Both the position numbers and the translations under genes were made by a program. Under the pieces are notes generated by a model. The model was not told where the DNA came from. It worked only from the letters and a program-made list of their open reading frames with translations, and searched no databases. Shown here piece after piece: positions 27,585 through 41,579 of a stretch of 64,000 nt of DNA (position 1 is the stretch's first letter; every line of letters begins with the position of its first letter). Origin of the DNA: Lophium mytilinum (lineage: Eukaryota); NCBI GenBank assembly GCA_010093605.1, contig MU004185.1, positions 2,315,334 to 2,379,333 on the forward strand, in the 5' to 3' direction.

Positions 27585-28329
27585 TCATTGCACTTGTTAG
27601 GATGAGAATTTCTGAAAGAAGGGCGGAATATCTTGGAATATATACCCCAACACAGCGCGGTCTATGCTAAAAGCTTTGGATTATAGTAGATGACGGAGTG
27701 ATGTCATTCACTACCGCTGGAGAATAGTAGTGCAGTACGCCACTAGGTTGTTGATTATACCTAGGTACTTTACGACCCAGACTCCCACACGCCCCACTCT
27801 ACACGTCAATTCACCAATTCATTCTCACGTCCCGCGCGACGGTTCGTTTTCACCTACGTAGTTTCAAAGGCTTTGCTGACATCACGAGTGAGGCAACTGC
27901 TTACTCCGGTGGTATTCGTGATGAGAGACTCAAGCAGCTATATACAAAATCCTACCCCGTTCAGCTTCGAAGATTCGAAGGAGTGAAAAGAGCGTAAACA
28001 ACTGAATGCGAATGACGTTACGTTTTCTTGAATGGCGGCCACATTCTCGAGGGTACCATGGCTCTGCGAAGGCGAACGCAGCCGCCATCTAAGAAGCACG
28101 TAAGTACACCATAGCGGTCCTGCACGGCTCTCTTGCAATGAACAGTTCCAAGAAGGTGAATACCATAGGGTTGAGCCCCCAGCCACCCATAACATCGACC
28201 TGCTTGAAGAAGGCCCCACGCGTTAACCTAAACCTACCACCCCATATTCTTGCTCCGTAGCTTGAACTCCCACAGCCAGCCAGCCAGCCAAATCACCGGC
28301 ATCTGCTATCCCGTCCAGCAAGAGACAAA

Positions 28330-29063
28330 ATGCCCTCGGAGGCTAGCAACACCGAGGAAGGCCTTCAGCAGCCAACGCGGATCAAGAAGGAGCCGTTCGA
28401 AGACGAGAAAGCGGGCATGTTGGAGTCGATCGAGCACTTGCCTGCGGATTCTGATGCAGCAGTTCAACACCCCTCGGCCTCACCTCAAACCTACATCAAG
28501 ACGGAAGCGGCACCAGCCTCTACACTAGGCAAGCATCTAAGGGCTGATTCGGGGCCAGTGAACTCGCGTCAGAGCGCCCCTCCCAACGACCGAAGACGGA
28601 GGACCATCATCTCACCATCCGAGAATCCTCCTTGATGCCTCTGGAGATCGTCCATCGGCGAAATGCCCCTCAGCAAGCCTTAGAGAACAGAATCGGATGG
28701 AAGTCGACGAAGGAGATCCAGGACGACCTCAAGATATTGGAGGCAGAGAGGGAACTTCTCAGAACAGAGAAGATTGCATGCCAGCTCGCCGCCCAAGAAC
28801 TCGAGCAGCACCATCACGACATCCGGCCGCCTGCCCCGCCAAAGGACATGAACAGTCGAGCGTATCTGCAATGGGCGACGCAAGATGTTCAAGACTACAC
28901 GGAGAGAGTCCAGGCCGAGACGGAGGTGCTGCAGAAGGAGCTTGAGATACGCAAGCGCAGAAAAATGATACTCGACCTGAAAGTCGAACTGCGGTGTCGA
29001 GAGGAGTGTGTGGTGTGGTTCAGCCTGAGTGAGAAGGGAGTTGTGACGGCGGCTCGGTCTTAG
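28330..29063 (+). pseudogene. Hypothetical coiled-coil protein split by an apparent frameshift
   Basis: Coding-like ORF 28330-28635 (IKKEP, IKTE) overlaps second-frame ORF reading ...QRPKTEDHHLTIRESSLMPLEI to 29063; no clear intron. Confidence 0.45.
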
Positions 29064-29938
29064 CTCATCTCGGTGTAATTTGAGGCTGTCTCGCGCTTGC
29101 ATGAGGTGCCTTGAGACTGTCCAGGTACCCAAGTACGATGTAGAGCTCAGACAGTTCAAACCAAGTAGGCTGTTCAATGAAAGGATACTTATTTGGGTCA
29201 CTTTAAGCGCTTGGCGTTGTGATCAAGACTGTCTGATGACCTTCCAGGATTTAATCACTAAATTGTGACATCTCGCAGTATGAGCGGCAGCTGGACAGCC
29301 TCTTAACTCCGTTTGATCAGTGCCTCACATATTCACAGCGCTTTTATTAGTTGGGATGCCTACTTAAAATGGCGCCTTAACAGTCGAATCTACAGGCTTG
29401 AATTATTGAGACAGTAGTATACTTAACGAACACGCTGTCTTGCTATTAGCATCCTCTAGGATGACAAAGGTTTGACGAACGTACCGACACTTCATAGTGG
29501 TAAACACGTGAGATTCTCCTTTTGTTCACTTGAAGCAGAGTCCGGTGAGTCGGGGCTGCGTATATGATCCCATGTGCCACAGATATTGCATGAAGACATC
29601 ACAGATTCATTTCCGGGAATAAAAATATCAGACCATATTGAAAGTTCTTGATAGGCTCGAAAGGAGAATAGAAGGATCGCCAAAGCATTGTTCACAGTGA
29701 CTCTATGGACTATGGAAACAATCAATCTGATACATAGAACACGTGTCGGCTGTACACCGGTGGAGATTGATAGAACAAAAGTGGACAGAAAGCCTGGTAT
29801 ACCGCCCAAGACGCCTGTGACCAACCATACAAGAAGCCGTCGCCGCCCACAGGTACGCCCATTTCATTGCTTCGGTCCTCTACTTCCGATAGCCCCATGC
29901 CATCGGGAGAGTTGCCTAAGCAATCACCTCCAGATCTC

Positions 29939-32087
29939 TTAGTAATAGAAAGTCGAGACCGGGTCAAACTCTTCCCGAGGAGGCGTGACAGTGCTGTCTT
30001 CGCCCGCGCATCCTAACTCTTCGCTCTCAGACTCCCAAGCATCGGGATCCTCTTCAACAGACTCGTCCTCTGTGACATCAGTAGGCCAGGTCTTAGACGG
30101 CGCTTCCACGGGCTCCTCTTCTTCAACGTCGGATGTGTAGTCGCTCTCCTCACCAGAATCCAAATACTCCTCGTCCGGCTCAGAGCCCGACTCCTCGTCA
30201 GACTCTTCATAGTCCTCATCCTCGTCTTCGTCATCCTCCACTCCAGCAAAGGGGTCTATGAAGCTCGGCTGATCCACATCGTTTTCCTCGTCATCCAGAT
30301 CATTTGCCTCGTCGTCGTTCTCAGGCTTGAGTTCGGGATCAAGGAAAGTTTCGTCCGACTCGCTGTCCGATTCGTGATCACGATCACGAAAGTCACGCTC
30401 CAAGAACCCCATTTTCTCCACAGCCTTGCTCTTCCAGACAAGCGGGTCGTCAATCATTGGGATGAACGATTCGAAGTGTTCCTTGTGCGCGACCTGCAGC
30501 GTCGGTACTTGTTTGCGGTTGAGGTGCAACGCATTGTGGAACTCCTCGTTCGCGCGACAGAAACTGTGCTGTTCTTCATGGCCCGGATAGGAGAGGAGAT
30601 GTAGGCCGTCGAGTTGGGTCTGCAGGCTCTGAATGGTGAAAGGGGATGTGTCCGGAGGTGGGTATGGAGGCCAGAGACCGATGGACTTAAGACCACGCTG
30701 GAGCGAGCCGAGGGCAATGCAGTCGCACAGCTCTGAATGGTCGTCCCCGGTCACGCAGTCCTCTGATACCCGGCAGGATTTGGGGCTCCTCTCGTCGGAC
30801 AGCTGGCTGACCTGGGAGTTACAAATGGAGAGGATGTCAGGGATGACTAGATTGCGAATGCGTAGAATGTTGTCTGTACAGAAGGAATTAGTTTTCGGTA
30901 TCCGGAAAGAAGCACACATGAGATGTTGTGGTTGAAAATCGAGTGGACCGGGTGTACCTACCGACAATAATAGTGCGCAATTCCAGATCGAAGAGCTCAA
31001 GAACGTTTTCTGGGATATCAACTCTAGATGGCGCAGCCGTGGAAGCAAGCCGCTGTGTGAGCGCATCGAAAGTCTCCTGGTACCCAAATATCCACGCGAC
31101 GAAGATGCAACCCTCGTATCCCGGATCAAGAGCTTTTCCCATCCACGGATCAACCCAAATGTGCATCCACGGCCTCACTAGTTCTGTGACCTCGTAGACA
31201 CGACAGATACGGGCAAAAGCTAGGAGTTCGTCGAAGATAGTGTGAGTAGGAAGTCCAGCGAATTGAGCGTGGGCAATGCGCAAGAGATCCAACACCATCT
31301 CAATATCCTCCTCGAGGTGAATCTCAGTTGGAGAGGCGTCGATGAGAGCTTTCCACTTTGGACTAGCGCGGCGAAGGCATGGCGAGGAACAAAGCGCGGT
31401 GATCTCGCTCCCGATCGTTCCAATTGTGACGCGAAGATCTCCTTCTGGGTCGATGATGGTAAGTTCCTCGCCTGGTGTCAGGGGTGACTCGTCGACGGAT
31501 GAGGCTTGGGAGTGATTTACGGAGTGGTCGTGAGTTTGCTCACCATGCTCCACATTCTCCCGAGAAGATGGTGCTAAGGCATCTGGAGCAATGGAGTTGT
31601 CTTGGTGAGCTTGGGAAGGAAGGCCGCTGTCCGCACTGGCAGTGGTGTCCTTGTCCAGAGACATATGTTGGTTCATAGGCGGAGCACCAGTATCGGCTCC
31701 CGCGACGTCTTTCGCTTGGTGACCTAGTCCTTCGAGCCATGAGATAGGAAGCGCCCATGAGCTAGCAGAAGCCTTGACATCAGAGCCACTTAGAGATGGG
31801 TACCCCCTAGGTACGTCCTCGCGCTTCCGCTTCTCGAGAAGGGATCTCTTTTGGACCGGATGGGGCATGACGCTGTGAGCCGTAAGGCTAGTATCGGCGC
31901 GTGTGAGATCCCCCATGCACGATCCCGTTCCCAACTCCTGCTTCTCTATCTCCGGCCCAGTACCGTTATGCTCAGCTGTCTTCTGCGCTTTCTGCTTGCC
32001 CAGATTCAGGAATGCCAGAAACTGGTCGCCTCCGGCATCGGGCTTGGAGGGTTTGATCAACGTGGGATAGCCGGTGGAGGATGACAT
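29939..32087 (-). CDS. Fungal BTB/POZ-like domain protein with acidic C-terminal tail
   Basis: IIDPEGDLRV..CSSPCLRRASPKWKAL..LLRIAH motif; CDCIALGSL; intron ~30955-30900; D/E-rich tail; start uncertain. Confidence 0.75.
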
Positions 32088-33020
32088 CGTCGCGTCTCCC
32101 TGGTGGAATAGGTTCACTTTGCCAAAGGTGCACGATTATGAGGGCCTGGATAGTTGTTCTGTCGCGTTAGATCTGAGTAAATATACAGTTACGGAGGCTT
32201 GGGAGAGTAGAGGAACTCGACAAGGCTGACGCGGGGGGGCGCGTAAAGTGCTTACCTTTGGAGCTGAATATGAATGAAGTGAAGGGCAAGGCCTTGTTCG
32301 AAGTTTTGCCCACTGGAGCTCACAGTTTCCAAAAGAAGTATGGGTGGACACGTATGTGTTGAGAAGGTGGTGAAGTGGGATTGACGCGGCGGCCGTTCCG
32401 TGGTTGAAGATGTATTCTAGACGCGTTGGCAGCTCGGCCGATCATTCGGCACGTCCGCACGTGATCATTCTCGATGCCCTCAACTTTCGCTGTACAGAAG
32501 ATTAAAGTCATAGCCAACGGCTTTGATTCGGCATGAATAATTTTATGAGGGTAATTTGAAGGCGCCTTAGGCGGTATACCATGCTCTCTGGTCATTTTCC
32601 GTCTTATTACTAAGGTTTACATGTGGGAGTTGGACATGGTGCGAGCATGGCGCTTTCGCCTTCACAGCTCCACGTGACGCATTACTCTATGAGGCAAGCC
32701 TTGGCATGGCGAGGAAAAGCGTTGGGTGAGATCGAGAAGAGGCCCTTCACTTTGGTAATGGCTGGTCTCGATCTGGTGTCCTATCGAAGGTCGATGATTC
32801 ATACTTAAACCGCATTCGATTTCATTCGTGTGTAGTGCATTCTGCTTCTGCCCGAGATCTTTCAAAAGGACACATTTGCTTTTCTATGGATCGCGGTTGT
32901 TTGAAAAGATCTCGATGCCCGAGCTGGGATGTAAGAATGAACCGCAAACGCTTGCCTGTACTCAAAAACCCCTTGGCCGTCCGTCAGAGCACTTATGAAA
33001 ACCACATGCGCATCCACCTC

Positions 33021-35114
33021 TCAAGGTATGAAAGAAAAGAGACCACCAATAAGCGCCACCCAGCACATCCCTTGACTGATACTCAGCTGTCCATTCGCCC
33101 CATTCTTTACTTTCGCCGTTTCATTCTTCTTCACCGCATTCTCGACAACCTCGGATGCAAGCACGTACGTGTGGGTTGTCTTATCGAAGTTGAGACACGA
33201 CTTTCCAAGCGTAGTAATGGTGCCGTTAAGGATTTGAATATCAAACGAATCCTCTACGAGAAGAGCCTGTAGCATATCCCGTCAGTGCTGTGAAAGCAGT
33301 CTACACATTGCGGTGTTCAACGATCCATGGGAAAAAGTACTCACGTAAGCATCTCCTTCGAAGCCCGCCGCCCATTGCACCTCCGGGCTTAGACGATACG
33401 CGTCCGTAAGCGCCTTCTGCGCGATTTCCTGCTCCTTAGATAGTGCTCCAACCAGCGCGGTGCAGTTCTCATCGACGTTGGAGACTTGTGCAATATCTAG
33501 CGCCAGATTCGGAAGATCTAAGTATATACCGACTTCAGCACCAGCTACTGCGTCAAGTATGAATCCGATCTGCACTTGGTGTCTGAGTCCGAAATTTATG
33601 AGCGCGGCGTTGACGTCGACAGAGTATTGGAAAGGGAGGGCGGTGAGCGATGTCTCGTCGAAGCCGCTTACGCTTGAGTTGGTGGGGTCGGTAAGGTCGA
33701 CGAAGATTTGGGAGCCGTCGGGGATCTGGGGTGCGCAGTAAGAGAAGTGATCTAGAGATGAAATTTGATCTGGAACCTAGCATACCAAGAGCTCAAAGCC
33801 GTATTCAAAGCCGCTGTCGCGTAGTGTTAGCGAGGTATCTTGCTCTAGGAGAGTTGGGTGGCGTACATCGAGCCGTTCATGCTAGAATTTGCCGTCAGAG
33901 CTGGAACATACATAAGACCCGCGGTCCCGATCAGGGGGATCTATCGACGAAATTTAGTACTGTGAAGGCCACGACGCCACAACACTTGGGACGCGACCTA
34001 CTTTTATTGCAAACAAGAACGGAACCTCAAACACGTTGAGTTTGATGTCGATCCCGGAGATTTTCGTGGTGAGGTCAACGATCGCACCCATACCGTTAGC
34101 GACAATGGTGGCCTCTCCGCCCGTGAAAATATCGCCTAAAATGAATCCGTCACGGACGCCAAGGTCGAGCTCAAAGTTTGCGAACTCGAAATCTAGACTT
34201 CCGAAGGTTGAGCAGTTTTTACATGTAACTTGGAAGGATGAATTGGCCGGGAAGAAATCATGGCCTATGAGTGCATGGCTCAAGTCAAGAGTGTTCTTGG
34301 TGGCATCGGTAGTGGCAGTCGGTACGGGAACGTTAAGAGTGCTCGTGTATTCGATGCTAGACACCGCGGTAGCCGCTTGGCGGCCACGGAGTTCTTCATG
34401 GGGTCGGAAGCGATGAGTCTCTTCAGTGTGATACATTTGAACTTGAAGTGAAGTGAATGACTGTGCCCAGGAGGCAGGCTCGGTCTGAAGGGTGACCTCG
34501 GAGTCATCTGCACTAACTTTCACTTCTACAACCCTGCGTTCCATTAACAGCGGGTTCTTCTTGAAAAGAGAGTCTAAATTCACTCACCGGAGAACTCTTC
34601 GTTCACCGCGGTCATTGCAGCCGTAATGAGACGAGATGACGAGGCCACCATCCTCAAGGCCAATCAGCGCTGCTTTGGTTGATTCGCAGACAACGCCTAG
34701 ATCGAATTTGATGGTTATGGAGCCTGGTCGACACACAATGTCCGCAGCCAAGTGTTCAAAGTCTTCAAGTAGTAGGACTGGATCTTCAGATTTGGCATAG
34801 ACGCTGGCCACAAAATTGAGTTCGTAGTCGGAATTCTCCCCTAAACAACATCAGCGGGGAGCATTTGAAGGAAGCATCCAAGAACCATTACCTTCTGCGT
34901 AAATTAGATTTACCTCCTTCGTCGTGATGATTTTGGTGTACCGTTTGGCAAGATCCGTCTTTTTCGACGAGGCAACCAGATCGCGTCCGGGCGTAGAGCT
35001 GTCACGCCCTCGCAAAGCTGTGGCGAGATCAGCAGCATACGCATGAAGCTGGTTTGCACTCAGTAGAGTTATAACTAGAAGAAAGAAAAGCGAAGTTGAG
35101 GAAATGAAGAGCAT
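33021..35114 (-). CDS. Secreted, probably GPI-anchored protein (DUF7029/DUF7223-like), multi-exon
   Basis: Signal peptide MLFISSTSLFFLLVITLLSA; LEDFE..IVC, SHYGCNDRGER, VTCKNCSTFG; hydrophobic C-terminus CWVALIGGLFSFIP*. Confidence 0.75.
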
Positions 35115-36680
35115 CGTGAGGTTCGTACTGACGGCAGCGTAAAGCGGGGTTTGTGGAGCTACTATTATCTAGCACCGTCTAGAGACGCTATGCGACTACT
35201 TATATGGCCATATAAGCACAGTTACCGTGGGAGGGCTGTACAGGCAGGCTGAAGGGTAGCATGGCACTTCAGCCCCAAGCGAAAGCACGAAACTTTTCCC
35301 GAACGAGGCGTTGATCAGCCACCGCCAGAATCAGGCTCATCGTGGACCGGTCGCGGCTCTGAGTTTGAGTCTTCGGTGTTGCTTAGGTCGAGATGTAGAA
35401 CCTCCAACGCGTGCAATGCCCATTCGGCTCTGAAGAATACATGTATAATGCAGGGGAGAAATACGACACCTACTTCTATGCATTCATTGTATGAAAAACA
35501 GTTACAAAAGATAGCGAGTGGACGCTTGGAAGGAGCTCCATAGGTACTTCGGTGTCCCCAGGTCCTCATCAGATCGAGGCTCCACGTTACAGATAATACG
35601 CCGTGATCATGTTGTGTATAGCTTCATGGGGCACTGATTGGATAGTATAGAGACTGATAGGGGCCAAGAACCATATTGAGCAATCTGGAGCCGTCCCTGG
35701 GTGTCCACTTGTACGACGTGACAACGCAGAGAGTTTTCAGTAACAAGGAATACTTGAGTGTAAGTTGTGATAGTGGCGCTGAGAAACCTAAGGATGGGTC
35801 GTTCTGCAAGGCTGAGACAGCCACGCACCTCGGACCCCAAATCTTTGCTTATTCAAAGCCGTTTGCGGCGGCCTGACCAGCTATCTTGTGGCCAATTGGC
35901 CAAGGAATGATTTGACGTGGGGAGTATTTACCCTCGTGTAGTATAAATAGTGCTGTGCTCTGCGCAACTTACGCCTTGCTGCGGTCGAATGCAACCTGGC
36001 GTTTACGTGGAATTGTATTAGGTCTTGGCAGTTCACGTCGATGGACCCGACATAATGGCGCGAAAAGTGGAGATCGCCTCTCCATGCACTGAACAAATCC
36101 CGTTAGAGAACGAAGAGTTTGAGACTGGAAACCGGTGTTTAGGTAGACTTTATCAACGATGCGAGGGCAAGGCCAAAGAGACGCTAAGGCTAGTCTTGCG
36201 AAACCGCTGGAATATATTCTGAAAAGTGCTGAGTGTTGAAGTAAAAAAGAATTTGTGGAAGGCTGCTGGTGTCGAGGTGTCGGAGTGTCGGAAGGTGAAA
36301 AGTTGAGGTTCGGGTTCGGCTCCCAGCCCAGCCTTGCTCGCCAAGAGCTAGTCACGTTACTTGCTCCGAAGTCCCAGTTCTGGGCTTTTATTCGACATGG
36401 ACAAGGACCCTTCCCCGGTCTCGAAAGGCTCCGAGAATAGCCAGGTTTCAATTGCCGGGCCCTAAGTCTGGAATACACTTTACGCTACGCTAGTCACGTT
36501 CTTAAGACCGCATGTTAACAAGACGACCATGGTCTTAAAACAGTGGCATCTCAACCTTGGAAGATGAGGGTGCTCTCCAAACAGTGACGCTCTTAAGATG
36601 ACTCATCTTGAGACAGTTATACTCTCAAGACGGATATGGACGTAGCAAGACGATCATGCTCTTCACAAAGTTATCTTTCC

Positions 36681-36782
36681 AACTCGGGTATTATACAAAC
36701 TCGGGTATTATATAAACTCGGGTATTATATAAACTCGGGTATTATATAAACTCGGGTATCATATAAGCTCGGGTATTATACA
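36681..36782. repeat. 17-bp minisatellite x6 (AACTCGGGTATTATATA)
   Basis: Six consecutive near-identical units read directly. Confidence 0.95.
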
Positions 36783-37409
36783 AACCTAATGTAGAAATCC
36801 TCCGACTCCGGCTCTCCACAACATTTTCCACCCCCTTTGTCTAGGCAGGCAAGTGTATCTGTAAGCCTAACTGTGCAATCAAAGCTTAGCGTCCCGCATG
36901 TATATATATACACGCGCGCACCTACACAATACAGCCCTTTTGCATACATTTCGTGCGCCCACAAGCTTGCAATTATAAGCTCGGATATCGCTTTATATAC
37001 TATAATATCTTATTCTAAATACCCACTTATGCCTAAGGCGAGCTAAATACATGTATACTTTGTACTGGAGTACCGTGAGTCTCCCTGGTTTTCGGGCATG
37101 TTTTTAAAGTTCTAATGTGGAAAGACCGAGCCCCGAAGCCCGAGAGTGAGTAAATTACTCCGATACTCCGGTACAACAACTACCAAGCGCCTACATGAAA
37201 CATCCTTCGCGATAAATCCCCCACAAAATCGCGGAGACCCCGCACAAAGCTAGTCATGGACGCGGGGTTCCAGAGGCGAGGGAGTATTTACTGTCTTTCA
37301 TCCCTCCAGAGAAACCCTGGAGTATCTCGTTTGGCCTTTTGTGATTTTGTCCCATTTGGCGCGAAAACATTCCCGCGCCCACAACTATTTCTAGAACTTT
37401 TTCGCAATC

Positions 37410-39556
37410 ATGCTGCACCTTTCTATACAGTATTTGGCCATCCCCGTGCTGGTGGGAGTGGTTGTACTTTGGCGACTGCTGAAAGTCGGCCAAAGACCTA
37501 AAGGCATGCCCCCTGGGCCGCCGACTATCCCAATTCTAGGCAATCTTCATCAGGTAGGCAGATCTGAGTGCGGGAAATCAGTTTGTATTGACTGTACACC
37601 AGATGCCCAAGGAAAGCCCACATCTACAATTTCAAAAATGGGCCGAAGAATATGGGTATGATGACGGAGGACGATTCTGTTGAGTCTGCCTAGATCGCTG
37701 ACCTTCTCCAGACCAGTCTATTCTCTCATGCTGGGCACGAAACCAACGATTGTTCTTTCCTCGGACGTTGCGGTCAAGGATTTACTGGACAAGAAAGGTG
37801 GCATCTATTCCGATCGTCCCGATATGTTCATTAGCCAGCGTGTGGCAAGTGGAAATCACAGATTGGTGGTGATGGTAAGTTATAAGTTCCGCAGCACCCT
37901 GTGATGCATTCCTTCCTTCTCGGCTTGTCAAGCGCAATGCACTATCGCAAGCCCGTTTCTCTACAAGATCCCTACCGCCGTAATGCTAAGCATGAGCGCA
38001 TCTTGGCGATCGTGAATGCTGAGATTAAGCCTGCTAACCCATGACAGAGATACGGTGAAACGTGGCGATTGATCCACAAATTAGTCCACAACATCCTGAA
38101 CATCAAGGTTGCCGCGAAATATATACCCTATCAGGATCTCGAGAACAAGGTTCTTCTCGCCGGCCTGCTGGACACGCCTGACGCGCTTTTCAATCATATT
38201 CGGAGGTTCAGCTACTCGCTATCGACTCAGATGATATTTGGCTTCCGATGCCCGGATTTTGCCGATCCGATGCTGAAGCGACTGTTTGAGGTTAGCGTAT
38301 CCCAGTTCATTTTAGAATTCCATGACAACTGACAGTACTCTAAAAGACCGTCGAAACATGGGGCGTGGTGTCCGCGAGCGGTGTCGCTCAGGTCGCAGAT
38401 TTGTACCCAATTGTACAGAAGCTCCCACACTTCCTCGTGCCAACTGTGAGTCAGGCAAAGAAAGTGCATGAAGTAGGGAGGGAGCTTTATACTGGCCATT
38501 GGTTGAAAGCAAAGCAAGGACTGAAGGATGGAACCGGATTGGTATGTAACTCACTCCCCGCATTCCGTGTCTTTCACGTATTTTGTATATTGATGGTGGC
38601 TTTTCCAGCCCTGCTTTTGCAATGACCTCCTTCTCGCGCAAAAAAGTGAAGAACTATCAGACGAGGCTGTTGGCTATATTGTCGGTTCCTTGCTAGAAGG
38701 TGGTTCCGACACGACTTCTTCGACACTCTATGCATTCGTCCTGGCAATGATGGTTTGGCCCGAGGTACAAAAGAAAGCCCAAGAGGAGATTGACCGAGTC
38801 GTCGGACCCGATCGCCTTCCAGAAGTCGACGACTATCCTAACTTGCCGTACATTCGCTGCTGCGTCAAGGAGACCTTACGGTGGATGCCGACGGTCATCC
38901 TTGGCGTGCCTCACAGTGTCATACAAGATGACACTTACAAAGGCTGGGTGATTCCAAAGGGTGCAACGGTTATCAACAATGTTTGGTATGTTACACCTCT
39001 CCATTTTTGTCCCACTCACAATGTCCTCCAACGGTCTTGGCCTCTTCGATCAGATATCACTACCATCGAGCCAGTCAACTTTTTCTCACGCATTCGCAGG
39101 ACAATTCACATGGACCCCAAGCGATCCCCTGAGCCCCGTCGGTTCAACCCGGATCGATTCGCGAATGACCCTACAACACTCTATCAGTCGGCAAATGGTG
39201 AACCAATGGACCGTGATAATTTTAATTTCGGAGCTGGACGTCGTCTCTGCCAAGGAATCCACATTGCCGAGAGATCGCTCTTTCTGGGTATGTCTAGGAT
39301 TCTGTGGGGATTCAACGTGTCGCAACCTCTCGGCACTGCCACTCCGGACATCGACGATCTTGTCGGTGGTATTACAGTCCATCCTAGGCCCTATAAAGTC
39401 GATATCAAGCCAAGAAGTACGAAAACGGTCAAGATTATTAGGACTGCGGTGAAGGATTGTGAGGATCTGGTCCATCCGGACTCTGGCCAGTGGAAGAAGG
39501 TACCAGATGGTATGGTCTTTGGCTCTTGGAAGCCAGACAGCAAGGTCAAGGTGTGA
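37410..39556 (+). CDS. Cytochrome P450 monooxygenase, multi-exon
   Basis: N-terminal anchor, PPGP..PILGNL, EGGSDTT I-helix, ETLR, PDRF, FGAGRRLCQG heme motif. Confidence 0.95.
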
Positions 39557-41579
39557 GCGGTGTGAGCGGTGTGAGCAGGCGACGCTCTCTTTTGTTCGCT
39601 AGGCCATCCATTCAATTTGTCTGGCTTTTACTGTGCGGGAGGACTGTGTAACGGCATTGGCTGTCACACGCGCTACACTATGCGTATAACTTTTCTGCTA
39701 GCTTCTGTCGTTGCTCTATACCTATATAGATATAGATTATCCGCCCCAGCCTGTATTTAGGTCCAGCAGCTCCTACCTCCTTTCACTTCTTCAGCAATCC
39801 TCTTGAGTCTTCATAGCGGCTGTACGTAGCTATCCGCAATCGGACCCACTAGCTGTTCATCTTGAGTTCGTGCGGGATACGTCGTCGCCGTGACATCCGC
39901 TTGCACAGAGCCTCTTACTTGTCAACTTATCCTATTTCTTTTGAACTGTTGCTGAAGACCCCAGGATGTTAACTCAGAAAGCCTTACACTCTGTCCCGTT
40001 AAAATAGTTTCTAGTACAGTATATATGAAAATACCGAAGCAGGTTAGTGAAAGTGAGCAACACACCTGAGAACGCTACCATGTGGGGCGAGCTAAGCCAC
40101 AGCGGCGCATGATCACGTGAGCAGAGGGGTCAGACATGGCGTGGAAACACTTATTGCAAGGACGAGGCTAATCATCACCGCCCCCCTTAGTGGATTATAA
40201 CAGCTCGATGGTATCGCTGTAGATCGGAAGTGTATTCTCGAGCTCCGCAGTTTACACTAAAACATCCCAAAAGGCGTGCACGGTTTGTAGCCGTCGTGGT
40301 GAACAAACCGCCGCCCTCAGGTCCGGTTTCCTAGCCGTCTTTACCCTCTCCGTATGCCTTCGCGCTCTTCCTACACCTCCACTGTTGCCACTGGTCTCAC
40401 TCATATGGTCCCACATTCTACTTTCCTCAGCCCTCCTCGCGCTAAGACTTTACGACTACATCAAACCTATTTTGTCGCCGCCAGGCCTAAGATACACTCC
40501 CAAGCGTACAGGCGCATCTCAGATAAAGCTCCAGCCTACCTCATACAACGGCGTCTCTGCTCACGTTACGAAGATGCTCTCAAAGGGGAGTGGTAAAGGC
40601 CCGATCAGCTGGAACCCCCAGGCCGTTCCCCAGGGGACAAGCGTCGATGGAGAGGACAAGATATCACCTCTTTTGCCTAGGAAAGTGGGTCAGTCGGTAG
40701 CTTCATCCCATCCAAACGGACCCCCGAACCTTCTTTTGACAAGGGAGAAATACAAGGATAGAAAGGAACTTGATCAGGGTAGCCTTCTTCAGGTTCTGGG
40801 CAAGAGATCTCGATTCGAGCAGCCGGACTTTTATCCCTCACGTACCTCTCGTTATCCTTCTGCATCTGCGCTACCGCCACGCGCAGCGTTACCTGCACGA
40901 GTAGACTACAGACGTCGGACAGACCTAGCTTCGTCGGCTCCGCTCGTAGCTTCTTCGAAATGGGCAAGTTCAGGCCATGGGGAGTTAAATAATACCGGCC
41001 TCCAGCGCAAGCGTAGTCCAGTGGTTTTCGACATGAATCCCCCAAATTCTGCACGGCTGGCTGCTATTCAGGGGAATCAACCGGGGAATTTCTCCATCAA
41101 CTGGGATGATTTCCCTCCTCATACCCAGCAACAACGCCTCCAGTATGGACAAATGCTGCAGCTGCAAGCTCAGGCTCAGGCCCAGGCGAGAATGAACCCT
41201 TCCATGTTGGGCGGTGTCGGCGGCATTAAGGCAATACAGCCCGTGACCCCTCGAGAGTCAATAGAACCGCAAGATTACGCAAAGCAGATTTTCGACTCTG
41301 TGGCACTGGCGAACGCGGGCGCTGCGGCGGCGAGGGGGCAACAGATCACGCTGACGATTGAGGGAGAGAGTAGAGCCGCGAGCAGCGATGTCGACGTGGA
41401 AGATTTAGATCACGAAGAAGTCTCATACCTTACCCATGGCGTTCGTCCTTTCCAAATGGCGCCCGCTCAAAGCGCCGGCTTGGGGAGCAGATCTAGCGAT
41501 ATTAAACAAGGCGGAGGAAAGGACCGAAGTTCCTCAAGCCTGTTCACAAATTATACTATATCTCAGGACATGACAACTG

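Noticed and set aside
37410..39556. Secondary-metabolite cluster around the P450
   Set aside because: No PKS, NRPS or terpene synthase backbone gene in the window
39551..39579. 9-bp GTGTGAGCG x3 at the P450 stop
   Set aside because: Simple slippage duplication with no effect on the protein
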